This document shows, piece after piece, positions 1 to 17,266 of a DNA stretch of 64,000 nt. A program made the translations under genes and the position numbers. Positions within the stretch are counted from its first letter, which is position 1, and each line of letters starts with the position of its first letter. The stretch is from the human T2T-CHM13v2.0 reference genome, Homo sapiens: assembly GCF_009914755.1 (NCBI RefSeq), contig NC_060943.1; one strand, 5' to 3'. Below the pieces are notes generated by a model. It saw nothing but the letters and a program-made list of their open reading frames with translations, was not told where the DNA came from and did not search any database.

Positions 1-1316
1 AAGCCCGAGAGCCCGTCCAACAGAAGCAGCAGAAATCATGTTGTAAAAACTTGCTACTGAACTTTAACCTGGCATATGTGTGTGCACGCCGTAGCATTAA
101 TATGCAGCCACTGCATCCATTCCAGTGTCAGCCAAGCCAGCATCATAGTCACCTGCTCCTTTCCCCACGCCACATCGATGGGGAACCAGAATGAAAGCAA
201 GGAGAGATGGCAGCCTTGACTCCCCAGCCAGGCTGTCCTGTCGCAAATCCCAGGGTCTCCCCGCTGCTGGAGGCTTTGGGAAAATAGCAGCGAGGCCAAA
301 GACTCAGACCCTGCCACCAGGAGGCCGTAGGATCCAGGGCCACTGGACACTGTCTGGCGAATGTTTACCCAGTGGGAGCTGTGCGAAGAAGATTTTTGGA
401 AAAGAGAAAAGAGTTTTGGAAGAAAGAGTTGGGCAGCTAACAGCAGAACTTCCTGGAGGAAGGGGCTTTTGAGTTGGATCCTGAAGGACCTGATGGAGGT
501 GGGGAGGGAGGTGGGCGGCAGGTCCACGCGATGGAGGAGGCACACAGCTGTGCGTGGCCACTAAGGCATTCGCACGCATTTGGTTTGTCCTAGACTCGCA
601 CACGGAAAACAGCGACGTAAAATCTGCTGCAGCCCACCCTGACGACCAGAGGACTGAAGCGGGAGGAGATGAACTTGAAGTATATGCTTCCTTTCTTAAG
701 GAGGCCAAAGACTTGACACTTCTGCAAAGAGCAGGTTGAGTGTGTATTTCAGAGAGCAGGCGAGCGGAGCTGAGTTCAAGAATGAGAGGGTAACTGCTTC
801 TCCCACGGCCTCCGACCACGGTGGTTCTGCCTTCTCTCATTAGCTACCCTTGCTTCAAGCCAAGGAGGACGTCAGGGTCACCTTTAAGAAGTGCAGAAGG
901 TACACTGGAGGACCAGGGGAAAGTAGGATGGTGAGACCTCTCCCACCCATCAGCCTCAGGGTGCAGGCGATGAGAAGGCAATCGCCACCTCTATGATAGA
1001 AAAAACACACATGCCACCCCCATGTCTTGGGGCCATTCTGATCTGCAGCTTGGGCAGCCACGTGAGTACTGCCCTGTGGCACCTTCCCTGTGGGACATCG
1101 CTCACCTATGGGTGCCGGGAGAGCAGAGTGCATGACCTCTGGAAGTCTGCCCTAATCTCAGGGGGCCTTGTCCAGTGCCCAGCAGACTGGGAAGGAGAAG
1201 AAAACACTGTCTCTCCAACATAGTGGGTCTCAATCATTTGGTCTATTAAAAAATACACTATTACAAAATTTTGAGATTTCACCACCCACCCCTGAAAAAG
1301 AGCTTTATTTACTTAT

Positions 1317-1627
<311 letters not shown>

Positions 1628-1639
1628 TAAATGTATTAT

Positions 1640-2100
1640 TTCCCTTATTAGAAATCAAAATAGATAATTTTTAAAAAGATGTATTAATTCATTAAAAAAT
1701 AATAAACCCATTATAGGTTAACACTTGAAGAATAGGTACACTTTCCAAATTAAAAAAAAAAACAACAAAACCAAAAGAAGAGTGGAATGATTCCGCATCT
1801 TCACAAATCTGTAGAGTGCGTGACTTACAGAAGACAACTCTACACATCTACTTCTGTATCTCCATCTGTTATTGTATACTGTTTTAGTTGAAGTACATTG
1901 AAAAAACTTGGCCTCACACAGATATATAGTTGGAAAAGGAGCACTGTTTTAATAGCCTTTTCAGATAACTGGGGATATTTTTACTTGATACTATAGCAAC
2001 ACTTGACAGCTGGTAATTTCTTAAAGGTTAGCTGCAATGTGGAATCTGAAACCATATCAACGAGCTTTTCATCCTCAGTTACATTAAAATCCATTAATCT
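1640..2100 (-). mobile_element. Charlie1-type hAT DNA transposon, segment 1
   Basis: Resembles recalled Charlie1 consensus (gcctcacacagatatatagttggaaaagg...gcaatgtggaatctgaaaccatatcaa). Confidence 0.7.
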
Positions 2101-2339
2101 TGAGCTGACATCCATGACAATGGCAGAGTAAGGAACTCTAGAACCCATCCCTTCACAAAAGCAGTCAAAAAATGGGCAAAAATTGTCAGAATCGACTTTA
2201 TCAGAACTCTGGAAATGAATTAAAAGATTATGGCAAACAGGTGAACCCTTAATTAAAAAAAAAAAAGATGAAACTTGGCATTTAAGGAAATTTTCGTCAG
2301 ATCACTAGCTGACCACTAAGGTAACTGAATAGAGATTTT

Positions 2340-2646
<307 letters not shown>

Positions 2647-2972
2647 TTACAAAATTAGTTCAGAAAGGTCATGAAACAAACGATCAACAACACCTATAAG
2701 CAGCAACAGCAAACCCTGGGGAGAACAGAAGAATCCAATATTCAGCGTCACCATGTTAAACTATTCAAAATATCCAGTTTTCCACAAAAATTATGAGGCA
2801 CGCAAAAAAAAAAAAAGAAAGTATGGCCCATATGTAGAAATAAATAAATAGGACTATCTCTGAGAAAATCGAGCCACTGGACTTATGAAACAAAGAGTTT
2901 AAATCAACTATATAAAATATACTTAAAGAGCTAAAGGAAATCATGTACAAAGCACTATAAAAAACCATGACA

Positions 2973-3285
2973 GGCTGGGTGTGGTGGCTCACACCTGTAA
3001 TCCCAGCACTTTGGGAGGGTGAGTTGGGTGGATCACTTAAAGTCAGGAGTTCAGGGACCAGCCTGGCCAACATGGTGAAACCCTGTCTCTACTAAAAATA
3101 CAAAAATTAGCTAGGCGTGGTGGTGGGCGTCTGTAATTCCAGCTACTTGAAAGGCTGAGGCCTGAGAACTGTTGAGCCTGGGAGGCGGGGTTTGTAGTGA
3201 ACTGAGATCACGCCACTGCACTCCAACCTGGGTGACAGAGTGAGATTCCATATCAAAACAAAAACAAAACAAAACAACAAAAAAA
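2973..3285 (+). mobile_element. Alu (S-type)
   Basis: Full dimer with (CAAAA)n tail. Confidence 0.95.
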
Positions 3286-4339
3286 CACATGAGAGTGATG
3301 TTTCACCAGTAGAATATCAATAAGGAGACAGAAATTGTAAAAAGGAACCAAATAAAATTTCTGGAGTTGAAAGTATAATAGCTGGAATGAAAACTTCACT
3401 AGGGGAGGTTCAACAGCAGATTTGAGCAGGCAGAAGAAAGAATCAGGGAACTTGAAGATGGGTCAATTGAGATTACCCAGTCTGAGGAGCGGAAAGAAAA
3501 AAGAATGAAGAAAAATGAGCTGAGCCTAAGAAACTTGTGGGACACCACCAAGCTTACCAACAAACACACAATAGGAGTCCCAGAAAGAGAGGAGAGGGAG
3601 AAAGTGGTAAAGTCTATTTGAATAAGTAATGGCTGAAAACTTCCCAAATTTGATGAAAGGCATGAATCTATACACTCTAAACTAAATCTATACACTCAAC
3701 AAACTTTAAGTGGCATAAACTCAAAGAAATCCACACCAAAGACACATTATAATCAAACTGTTGAAAGGCAAAGACAAAGAGAGAATCCTAGAAGCAGTAG
3801 GAGAGAAGTGGCGTCACAAACAAAGAATCCAGAATATGAGTAATGGCTGATTTCTCAACAGAAACCATGGAGGCCAGAGGGCAGTGAAACGACTTAATCA
3901 AAGTGCCAGAAAGCGGAAAAACCCACATGTCAATGAGCAGATGAATGGATAAACAAAATGTGGTCCATCCATACAATGGAATAATTTAGCCACACACAAA
4001 AAAATAAGGTTCTGACACAGGCTACAACATGGATGAGCCTCATGCAAAAGACTATATATTATATAATTCCTTTTACATAAAATATGTAGAATTGGCAAAT
4101 CCCTAGAGACAGAAAGCAGATTAGTGGCTGTCAGGAGATGGAAGAAGGGACAATGGAGAGTGGCTGCTAGTGGGGATGGGGTTTCCTTTCAGGGTGATGA
4201 CGATATTCTGGAACTAGATAATGGTGATTGTACCACACTGTGAATGTATTAAATGCCACTGAACTGTCCACTGCAAAATGGTGAATTTTATGTTACATAC
4301 ATTCTATCTCAATAAAAAATATACATATAACTAATTTCA

Positions 4340-5372
<1,033 letters not shown>

Positions 5373-5646
5373 TTTTTTAAAAAAGAGGTGGGGTCTCTCT
5401 CTGCTGCCCAGGCTGGAGTGCAGTGGCATGATCATAGCTCATTCTGGAGCTAGAAGTGGCCATGGTGTAGGGAGGGAGAGGAGGTCATTCCCCAAAAACC
5501 CAAATATGGAGACACGAGACAGAGAGGGCCACTCCCAAACCTGCTGTAGTTAATTCACCCTCTGTTCTAAAACAGAACTTAGACATGTTACCATAGAAGG
5601 AGCCAATTCAAGTTAAAATGCTAACAACCCTTTGGGGTCTTTATAG

Positions 5647-5977
<331 letters not shown>

Positions 5978-6303
5978 CAAGAATGCAGATTGTTTTTAAA
6001 AGGGAAAAGCAGAATGACTGGAATTTTGAAGGCAGAGTGGTAAATCATAGAATTAGGCCTGGAGAAGGGAAAAGCCCAACGCTGTGGTCCAGGCAGAGGA
6101 GGCCAGCAGGGCTGAGAGGCTGGGGGAGGGAGATGGGGCATTTTAATCCCTTTGTCTGTTCCTCCCAACTCCCACTTGGCAGGGGGAGCCCCCACCAATA
6201 TCTCTGTGCACGTCCTTTGTGGGGCATGAGATCACATTCACACTTGCTTTAATTATTTTCCCTCAGTCTCTATTTAGTTCTGCAACTTGTGTTTGTTACT
6301 TAA

Positions 6304-6636
<333 letters not shown>

Positions 6637-7614
6637 AGGACCGATTCTTAGAGCCACTGGGATGACAGGCATCAGCCACCACACTCAGCAGGACCGATTC
6701 TTACAGAGCCACTGCGCACTCTTAACTTCAACACTCTTAACTAATCCACGGACGTTATAGAATATGATCCATTTTCTCACTAATGTCCTTCCTCTGGACC
6801 AGGACCCAATCTGGGATCACATACTGTGATCATTTTGCATACGGTGCCATGAAAGAAAACAGGAAAATAAGAAATGGGTCAACACTCAAGAGATCCATCA
6901 GTAGCTAATCGATTATTAGATCAATGATCAATTTGTCCCTGGTTGTCTTAACAGCTTGTCAAGTGAGGTTATGTCACTTCAGACAAAGAAGGATGACTTG
7001 TCTGGTAAATCAATTGAAATGCTTCAGAATAAGTGAAAAATAGTGCTTTTTGTATGACAGTCTTTAATCTTGTCACTACAGGCAAATCTGAGACTAAATC
7101 TTCAAACATATCTTTCAAAGGGTTACTTGTAAGTGTGAACCTGGGTACTTTTCCCACCTTTGCAAAAAAAAAAAAAAAAAAAAAACCCTATAAAACCAGC
7201 TTTGAAAGTGAAGATAGGATCACACACTTGCCAGAACCCATGGAACGCATACCACCAAGAGTGAACCCTAATGTGAACGGGACTGTAGTCAACAATAATG
7301 TATCAATATTGGATCATCAGCTGCAACAAATGTAACAAACAAACAACTTCAAACTGCACCACAAAGGGAACTCTATGAAGTTTTAAAAAAAAGTGGTGAT
7401 AAATATCATAGTGAGAGAAAAAGCAGATGTGCCATTGGTGACATTCCTTTATCAAACAGTATCTTGAGTGTGGGAATGTCAAAGGCAGGCAGTGGGAAGA
7501 GCGATTATCATCACGTGTGTTGGCTGGCAAATAATTCGCTCTGATCATTGGACAAAAGCTCTGCTATGCAGGGGCTGAGCAGGCTTCTGGCAGATGGTAG
7601 GAGTACCCAAGTGA

Positions 7615-8208
<594 letters not shown>

Positions 8209-8349
8209 GTGACTTTTCATTCTACATCTTCACTGAAGAGCCAGGCTACAGAAGAAGAGATGTGTGTGACTCCTGATTCTGTCATGAGCTGTGCCACTGC
8301 GTGGAGGTGCCATGGGCCTCTGCGAGCCACCTCCATGGACCACCAGGAA

Positions 8350-8455
8350 GGGGTGCTCTCTGAACCTTTTCTAGTTCTGAGGGCTGCCTGACTGGAGAGT
8401 TGTTCTTTGCTCAGATAGACTCTTGTTTAATTTACCGAAAATTTCTCTTTTAATG
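8350..8455 (+). mobile_element. ERV1 (MER34/MER39-like) LTR 3' fragment
   Basis: ttctgagggctgcctgact..ttgttctttgctcagatagactc..ttcttttaa resembles MER4-group LTR ends. Confidence 0.4.
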
Positions 8456-9397
8456 GTATTATGTATCGGGTATCATAAGACACCCTTCTTGGGCAAAAAG
8501 AAAGCTGTCAAAGGCAGAATATTTAGCTTGTTAAACTAATAAAGTACAGTAGGACATTTTAACTTCAGCTGCAATTAAAATCCATTAGACTTTTTTGATC
8601 TTCTGCTGTATTAGTCAGATTTAAACTAATAAAATGAGAAAAGATGCATTAAAGTATGAGAAAAATTTTAAAAAAGATAAAAAAGATAAAGACTTTTTGT
8701 CTTCGTCAGGGCCCACCGTGTGACCCTCAGAGGCTGTGTGTTTTCACAGCATGGCCTCATGTGGCCTCTGGGTCTTGCAGGAGGAAGGGCCCACTGAGGG
8801 CTGCTCCCAGGGTGGAGGGGTCTCTTTCTTGTTCCCCCTTGAGTGACCTTCAGCCTCCCCTGGACACAACCCAAACAGTAAAAAAGGAGGTTCCACTTGG
8901 GCAGAAAGGACAAGAATAAAACTCCCACTTTAGTTTCCCTGCTCCACGCAGTGAAAAAAAGCACAATAGAAAACGTGTGTATCAAAAACTCACCATTTGG
9001 GCAACTAATTTTTAAGATTTATAATATGGATGACATTTTAACCAGAAATAAATACTCGAGAAAATTGGTCACCAAGAGTCTGGAATCACTCGTCGAGGCT
9101 ACCAGTGAGGACTTGCTTCAGTGTTTGTGCTCTGTCTTTAGGACTAAGCGAAAGTCCCGAGAAACAAAACTCTGACATGAACGAACTGGTAGACATCCAA
9201 TGTTGGGTCCAGCAGCTGTATTTCTGTTGCAATTTCAGGGCCATGGTTGTTCTTGGCTCTTGGAAAGTCTCGAATTTCTGTGGCATCCTTGTTGGATGTT
9301 CTTATGCCAACAACAAGCCAATAAACAACAGCAGAGCAGTCAGAAGCCAGGAATCAGATTCGTATCCAAGATGATGACTCCCCCAGAGCTTGGTGGG

Positions 9398-9400
<3 letters not shown>

Positions 9401-9438
<38 letters not shown>
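9401..9438 (+). repeat. (TG)19 microsatellite
   Basis: Perfect TG run. Confidence 0.97.
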
Positions 9439-9441
<3 letters not shown>

Positions 9442-10551
9442 ACATAGCCTATTCACGGATTTCTAATTGATTTAATAATTTAGTTCTTCCAGAGCAACCC
9501 ACATAACAAACCACAGCTCCAGGGTGGTGGCCCAGGGTCTGAGCAGTATGTTTGCTGCAATGAGGTAATTCTGAATCCACAGAGAACATGATTGTTTCTC
9601 AGTAAATTTGTGACTTGCAATCCTAGTCTATTTTACTGTTATAAGTTGATGCCGTTTGCTAAGTCAAATGTGCCACATTCGTGACAATTACTGTAGTCTG
9701 CGAGGAAAGCTTTCTGTTCCATAACAACTAAACCTAGTTCCACCCAGCCAATCCTAGGCGGGAGAAGTATGTCTGGTCTGCTGGGGCTGCCTGGCCTGGG
9801 GTGCTAATGGCACCGAGGCACTAAGTGGCTAGGGGTAGAAGCAGCAGACACTACCCTACAATTTCACAGCCTCTAGAAAGCAAGTGACTCCTCCCGAGAA
9901 GAGAGGGAGGAGGCATGGGGCACTACGCCTGTCCTCAAAGCCAGGGCCTGGGGGTCACTCTGGACAAAGGAAGAGAGAGGACAGCAAGATTCATGGGGCC
10001 TCTCTGATGCCAGGGTGACCCCAGAACACACCAGAACCAAAAACAAACAAACAAAAACACAGAGACAAGGCTAAACCACCACCTTCTATCTCAGGAGATG
10101 AGCCTTACACCAAAATAAGAAGTTATTGTGTAATTGAAAGTCAATCAATGCAATTCATTATATTAACACCCCAATGAAGACAAAAATATGCTGATGCTTA
10201 CATATGTAAAAAAACGTTTGACAGAATTCAACATCTATTTATCATAGAGACTTCCAGAAAACTAGAAAAAGAAGGGAACTTCCTCAACCTGAAAAAGGGC
10301 ATCTGTGAAAAACCCACAGCTAACATCACATACTTAGCAGTGACAGACTGACGGCTTTTCCCTTAAGACTGGGAAAAAGGCAAGGATGTCCATTCTTGCC
10401 ACCCCTGTTCAACATTTCACTGCAAGTGCTAGCCAGTGCAAAAAGGCAAGAAAAAGAAATGAAATTTCTTTTTGTCCATATTGGAAAGAAAGAAATAAAG
10501 CAGTTATATTTGCAGGCAACAAGAAGCTCCTAGAACCAAAAAATGAGTTCA

Positions 10552-10909
<358 letters not shown>

Positions 10910-11593
10910 TTAAATCCTAGAAATGAACAGTTGGAAACAGAAATTTAAAGATCAATGCCAAGAAAACCCACAATGCCATTTACAATAGCTCTCCAAACAT
11001 GAAATACTTTGATATAAATCTAACAAAACATGTACAGAATTTTGTATAAGTTACAAAATGCTGATGAAAGAAGATCTAAACAAATGGAGAAAACGTACCA
11101 TGTTCATGGATTGGAAGCCTTAACATAGTAAAGATGGGAATTCTCCCCAAGTTGGTTCAGTGCAAATTAGTCAAAATCTCAGTAGCATTTCTTTGTAGAT
11201 ATAGATAAATTGATCTAAACTTATACAGAAACTTTGAGTTTATATAAATAGTCAACGCAATACTGAAGAATAAAGTGGGAGGAACCATCCTCTTCAATTT
11301 TAGACTTACTATAAAGCTATAGTAATTAAGACTATGCTACTTGTAAAGGGATAGGCAGACAGACCAATGGGATGGAATAGGACACTCTGAAATAAACCCA
11401 CACACATATGGCCAACTGATTTTTGACAAAGGTGTTAAAGCAATCCAATGGAGAAAGGGTAGTCTTTTTAACAAATGAGGCTAGAACAACACATTGTTTC
11501 ATAAGCAAAAAAAAATGAACCTCAACTTAAACCTTACATTATACAAATGTTAACTTGATAGGAAGCAGATCTAAATGTAAAATGTAAAACTAT

Positions 11594-11920
<327 letters not shown>

Positions 11921-13529
11921 CTATAAAACTTTTCAAAGAAAACAGGAGAAAATCTTCATAATGTGCAAATAGGCAAAGAGTTCTTAGACATGACATTGAA
12001 AGCATGAGCCACAGAAGAAAAATTGATAAGTTGGATTTCATCAAAATTAAAATTTTTTTTTTCTCTGCAAAGGACACTTTTTAGAGAATGAAAAGACACA
12101 CTAAAGACTGGGGAAAATATTTGCAAGTCACATATCTGACAGGAGACTTGTATCCAGAATACATAAAGAATTCTCAAAACTCAACCATAAGAAAACAACC
12201 AACCTAGTTAAAAAAGAAGCAAATGACTTGAAGTGACACCTGACCAGAGCATCTACACTCACATGAAAAGCTGCTACCATCATTAGCTATAAAGAAAATG
12301 CAAGTTGCAACCACAATGAGGTACCACCACACATCTATTAGAATGGCCAAAACCAAGAGCACCAGCAGCATCAAATGCTGCTGACGGAGAGGAGCAAGAG
12401 GAACTCTTGTATGTTGCTGGTGGGAATGCAAAATGGTGCAACCACTTGGGAAACTGGTGGTTTCTGATAAAGTTAAACATACACTTTCTGTATGAGCCAG
12501 CAGCAATTCCACTTGTAGGTATATATCCAAAAGAAAGAAAACATATGTCCTTACAAAAGCCTGCATGTGAAACTTAGAGCTTCTTTATTCATAATCACCC
12601 CAAACTGGAAACCATCCAAATGGCCCTCAACTAGTGAATGAATAAACAAACTGTAGTGTAATAGAATATTACTCAGTAACAAAAAAAAGCAACTCGGATT
12701 CATGCAGCAACTTGACTGAATCTCAAAGGCACCAGAATGAGTAAAAGAAGCCTGTCTGAAAAGGTCACAATCTGTACGATTCCATTTATACACCACGCTA
12801 GTAAAGATGAAACTACAGCAATAGGGAACAGATCAGCAGTTGCCAAGGGCTGGGGATGGGGGAGGTTGTGACTGCCAAGAAATACCACGAGGGGGTTTTC
12901 AGGGCAATGCACTGTTCTGTGACCTGATTATACACAAATCTACCCATGTCAAAACTCACAAGGCTGTACACCAAAAAGTTGATTTTACTTTGTGTTAATT
13001 TAAGAAGGAAAATAAATGAAAAGTAAACACGGGTAATCGAGTTTTAAATGTAGAGACTCTGGAAAAGCAGATAAGTCGTTATTTTGCATCGGGGCATGGC
13101 AGCGAGAACTCGGCAGAGGCTGCAGGGAAACTTCCCCTGCTTGATTCAGTCCAGGTGTCTCATGGATGGATTGATCCACGCCTCTAAAAGCTTGATAGTA
13201 ACAACGATAACAATAATAAGAGCAAAGGAGGCTGCAGCATCCACCAGTGGAGAGATGCTTGACTCATTCCCTTTTCACAACAGCCCATGACGCATGGCTT
13301 GTCCTCCTCTTTATACCAATGGCCAACTGAAGTTCAAAGAACTCTGCAGGCCTGCCTATGGTTGCGTGGCCCGTCTGAGGCTGGCCCGACTCCATCGTGG
13401 GGCCGCCTGGGCCCAGAGCAGACGACAGCCCCTCCGGGCCTCCGGCTGCCTCTTACTCACCATCCCTGCTGCCGCTGCTTCGAGAATACTCATGGCCTAC
13501 CCTGCTGGTCCCAAGAGCCTCCTACATAC

Positions 13530-13791
13530 CGTGGCGGGCGATGAGCGGGAGGTGTGGGCCAGGGAGTGTCTGGTGCTGTCCATCCCCCCGTGGATGAGAT
13601 AGGCTCCCGCGCTGGAGACGATGGGGCTCCCCCCGACATCCATGGTGATGCCCACCATGCTGTGGGAGGGGACCGCTGGCGGGGACGAGGCTGCCACGGT
13701 CACCTGGGCACCGCCTGGGGCCTCGAAGTAAGAAGCCGTGCTGCTGGGGGCGTACATCTGAGGCTCGGGGTTGTAGGTGTAGGCTGTTCGT
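13530..13791 (-). CDS. RFX2: RFX2 coding exon: (I)RTAYTYNPEPQMY...HSLAHTSRSSPAT
   Basis: Acceptor ttctaacag|A, donor ACG|gtatgt; 262 nt; cumulative CDS 522 nt (phase 0); contains the RFX-type AYLIHGGM..HTSRSSPAT motif. Confidence 0.97.
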
Positions 13792-14027
13792 CTGTTAGAA
13801 AGAGAGAAGTCACGCATGGGACGCTGTCCCATTTAAATGCCTTGTCTGAGTTCACAGATATCCAGCCAAACATCACGTAAAAGCTGCAACCCAGAGAGGC
13901 CAGACATATGGAGCAATTCGGACGTGGCATATGACACTCAAATGCAGCGCAAGTTCACAGCCACCATGTTGCAAAATCTTTAGGACCACAGGCTGACTTA
14001 TCAAAAAGTGACCACTTAAAAATTCTA

Positions 14028-14330
14028 GGCCAGGCGTGGTGGCTCACGCCTGTAATCCCAGCACTTTGGGAGGCTAAGGTGGGAAAATTGCTTGAGGTCA
14101 GAAGTTTGAGACCAGCCTGGGCAACATAGAGAGAACCATCTCTACAAAAAATAAAAGATTTAGCCAGGTGTGGTGGTGCGTGCCGGTAGTCCCAGCTACT
14201 CAGGAGGCTGAGGTGGGAGGACTGCTTGAGCCCAGGACTTTGAGGTTACAGTGAGCTGTGACTGCACCATTGCACTTTAGCCTGGGCAACAGAGCAAGAC
14301 CCTATCTCTTAAAAAAAATAAATACAAATA
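14028..14330 (+). mobile_element. Alu (J-type)
   Basis: Full dimer. Confidence 0.93.
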
Positions 14331-15593
14331 AAACTTAAAATTGTAAGTGGATAAATGGGTCACATGAGGGAGCTCCTGTGTGGAGATGGAGCAGTTCTGT
14401 ATCTTGATGGTGGTATTGTTACACAAATCTACACATGGGCTAAAAATGCAAAGAAATAGACACGCACGCACATGCAAGGGTACACACATGAACATGCAAA
14501 GCCACATGTACTCCACATGCAAGCACACACGCAAAAGCACGTGCATACAGACTGGTAGAACTGAATAAGGCCTGTGGGCTAGTTAACAGTTTTACCCCAA
14601 TGTCAATTTCCAGGGGTTTTTTTGTTTTGTTTTTTTGAGACAGGGTCTCCTTCTGTAGCCCAGACTTGAGTGCAGTGGCAAAATCATAGCTCACTGCAGC
14701 CTCAGCCTCCTGAGCTCAAGTGATCCTCCTGCTTCAGCCTCAGAATATGGGTGTGCACCGCCACAGTAGCTGGGGTGATGGGTGTGCACCGCCACAGTGG
14801 CTGGGGTTAGAATCATACAACTCCACCAATCACAACCCTGAAGTCACAGCCAGGTTCTCATGTACAGCCCCTGCACTTGTGAGGGGAGCCATCCAGGCCA
14901 AATGGAAACAGACAAGCAGGCGAAAGGACTCACGTCTAAAGTAAAGTGAGCTGCACGGGAGATGCATACTTTCCTACCCCAAGCATCACACAGTTACAGA
15001 GCAGAAAACTCTAGACATCCTTGCAACATGGAAAATCAAGTTCTATCAACATTATACAAAGCTGGAGTTTAACAGAGGCGAGGGGAAAACACACAGGGGT
15101 GGATGGTTTCTGGATCTCAAAGACTGAGACTTCAGAATGAAGAGTTAGGATTAGCCTTTTTTTTTTTTTTTCCAAGACTATCTTTTCTAAAAGTAAAAAG
15201 TACAAAAGTCTGTGATTTCTGAAATCTCCACAGGGTTATGATGTCCTAATCCCTCAGCTCCCACCCCGCTCCTTTTTTTTTTGGACAGGGTGTTGCTCCA
15301 TCAGTCAGGCGTGATCATAGCTCACTGCAGCCTCCAACTCCTGGGCTCATGCGATCCTCCCACCTTGGCCTCCTGATTACCTGGGAGGGACTCTAGGCAC
15401 TTGTCACCATGTCTGGCTAATTTTAAAATTTTTTGTAGAGATATTGCCCAGTTTCCTAATAGCATTTTAACAGTATTTAGTGAACACATCGCCAAAAGCA
15501 TAAGGGAGAGGAATTTGCTTGATGCCTCCCCAGGTGGCAAAGGCTGGAGTCAGGGAGAGGGTTCCGGGTGTGGCCCGCGGGAGAAGCACGCAC

Positions 15594-15673
15594 ATGGCTC
15601 CATTGGTGTAGACGGCGTCTCCCCCTTCCACGTACTGCACCTGGGCAGGATACACGTGCTGCACCGGCTGCAC
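15594..15673 (-). CDS. RFX2: RFX2 coding exon: VQPVQHVYPAQVQYVEGGDAVYTNGA(I)
   Basis: Acceptor gtttcag|GTG, donor AT|gtgcgt; 80 nt ending in phase 2; contains the RFX1/2/3 activation-region motif VYPAQVQYVEG. Confidence 0.97.
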
Positions 15674-17044
15674 CTGAAACATCGGATACGCTGCGTTACC
15701 GCCAGTCACGCCCTCGTGAGTTGCCTGCAGATTATTCAAGCTAGACGTGTCTTCTATTGCCTTTATGAACATTTAGTACCAAATGACAATGTTCCCGCCC
15801 ACAGTCGGCACGCCTAGAAAGACACTGAGGAGACAGTAATGTACAGACGACATATTCCAAACGGGCCCACACAGTTCAGGGAGCTGCGACTGATCCCCAG
15901 AGCTCTGCTAGCGTGTCTGTGCGCCCTGGCTCCTCTGTATACGTGGGGGCGGGACCAGGAGAATGACAACGCTCCTCCAGTGCAGTGGAAACTAGAGTTG
16001 TGGACAGAGGCCCAGCCTTGGCTCACAGGACTGTCCCTGGTTTCTGTTTTTTTTTTTTGTTTGTTTGTTTGTTTTTTTGCGACAGGGTCTCCCTCTGTAG
16101 CTCAAGCTGGCGTGCAGGCTGCAGTGCACAGGGGGCTGAGCAGATTAGACTCTACATGGCCCCAACACCCCCCGTGGGTGGCCCTGGTGCCCCTTCCCTG
16201 GCAGAGAGGAGGGGAGAGAATGTGATGGTCTGAACAGAGTGGGAAGGAGCGGCATGCCTGGAGAGATGGGGCAATGGGGGGACCCCAGCACACCCCCGCT
16301 GCCCTGCCCTCCCCTCTCTGAAACATCAGTTCAGAGCCTCGGCTGACAGGCCCCGAGGGACTCTAGTCCGAGCAGTGGAAGCCAAACGCTTTGCACATGG
16401 GACTTCAAACTCTCACCCCAGAGGGCATCTTAGTGGCTGTCTACATCCACTGAATTTTGGGGTGAGAAGATGGAGGGCCACAGAAGTGGGCTTGTTCGGG
16501 TGTCATGGTGTCATGGTGACCTTCCTCTTGTGCTTGAAGCTGCAGGATGGGGCTGACCTGCCCCTCCTTGGACCACTGAGCATGGTATGCACTTGTCCAA
16601 CGCACCACCCCCAGAATCACAAGTTCCAGGGGTTAACATCTGTTGGGTGATGCCCCAGGGGTGGAAGTCAAATGTCGAATTCTGGGGTCCAAGTGAAATG
16701 CAGAAGTTACAGAAAGAGCTGGGGCAGGCCCAGCACCAGAAAAGTGGTGGAAGCTTCTGGAATCTCCTCTCCTTGGTGTCTCTGGGGAGTGCCTTGACAG
16801 ACAGCAGCTAAGACAGAGCCACTGGCCTGAGGCCCTGCGTCCCCGCTGGGCCTGTCTGGAGCCTTTTCCTTCCTGTGATCCTGCAAACCTTCCTAGTTCT
16901 CATGGACACAGTCACCTGACAAATGCCTGTGAACAGACTGCCAATCTAGGCAGGACCCTCCTGAAGAGCGGTGCATTCTCTAGGGCCTCAGGGCTCCTTT
17001 TAGGGAGGAGCCTGAGTTAACTTTAATTCAGGATTCTGCAGGGC

Positions 17045-17266
17045 ACAGTTGGCAAACTCCGGCCCTGAGGGCCAAATCTGGCCCACTGCCTGTTTTTGTA
17101 AATAAAGTTTTATTGGCACACAGCCACACCCATTTGGTTGCATATCATTTATGGCTGCTTTTGCGATACAATGGCAGAATTGAGTGGTTGTTCCAGAGAC
17201 TGCCTGGACCACAAACCCCCAAAAATGTATAATTTGGCCTTTTCTGGAAACAGTTTGCTAACCATG
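17045..17266 (+). mobile_element. MER58A (hAT)
   Basis: ggccaaatctggcccactgcctgtttttgtaaataaagttttattggcacacagccac. Confidence 0.8.

Noticed and set aside
1-1200. Next RFX2 exon (LEMAIENLQK..) or a novel gene in ORFs 54-545/304-840
   Set aside because: The expected peptide was not found, so it probably lies beyond the left edge. The ORFs lack homology and overlap on both strands, as in GC-rich non-coding DNA.
13497-13832. ORF-track extensions around the RFX2 exons (MGQRPM.., ..VCRRLLGPAG)
   Set aside because: Read-through beyond clear splice sites; only 13530-13791 is exon.
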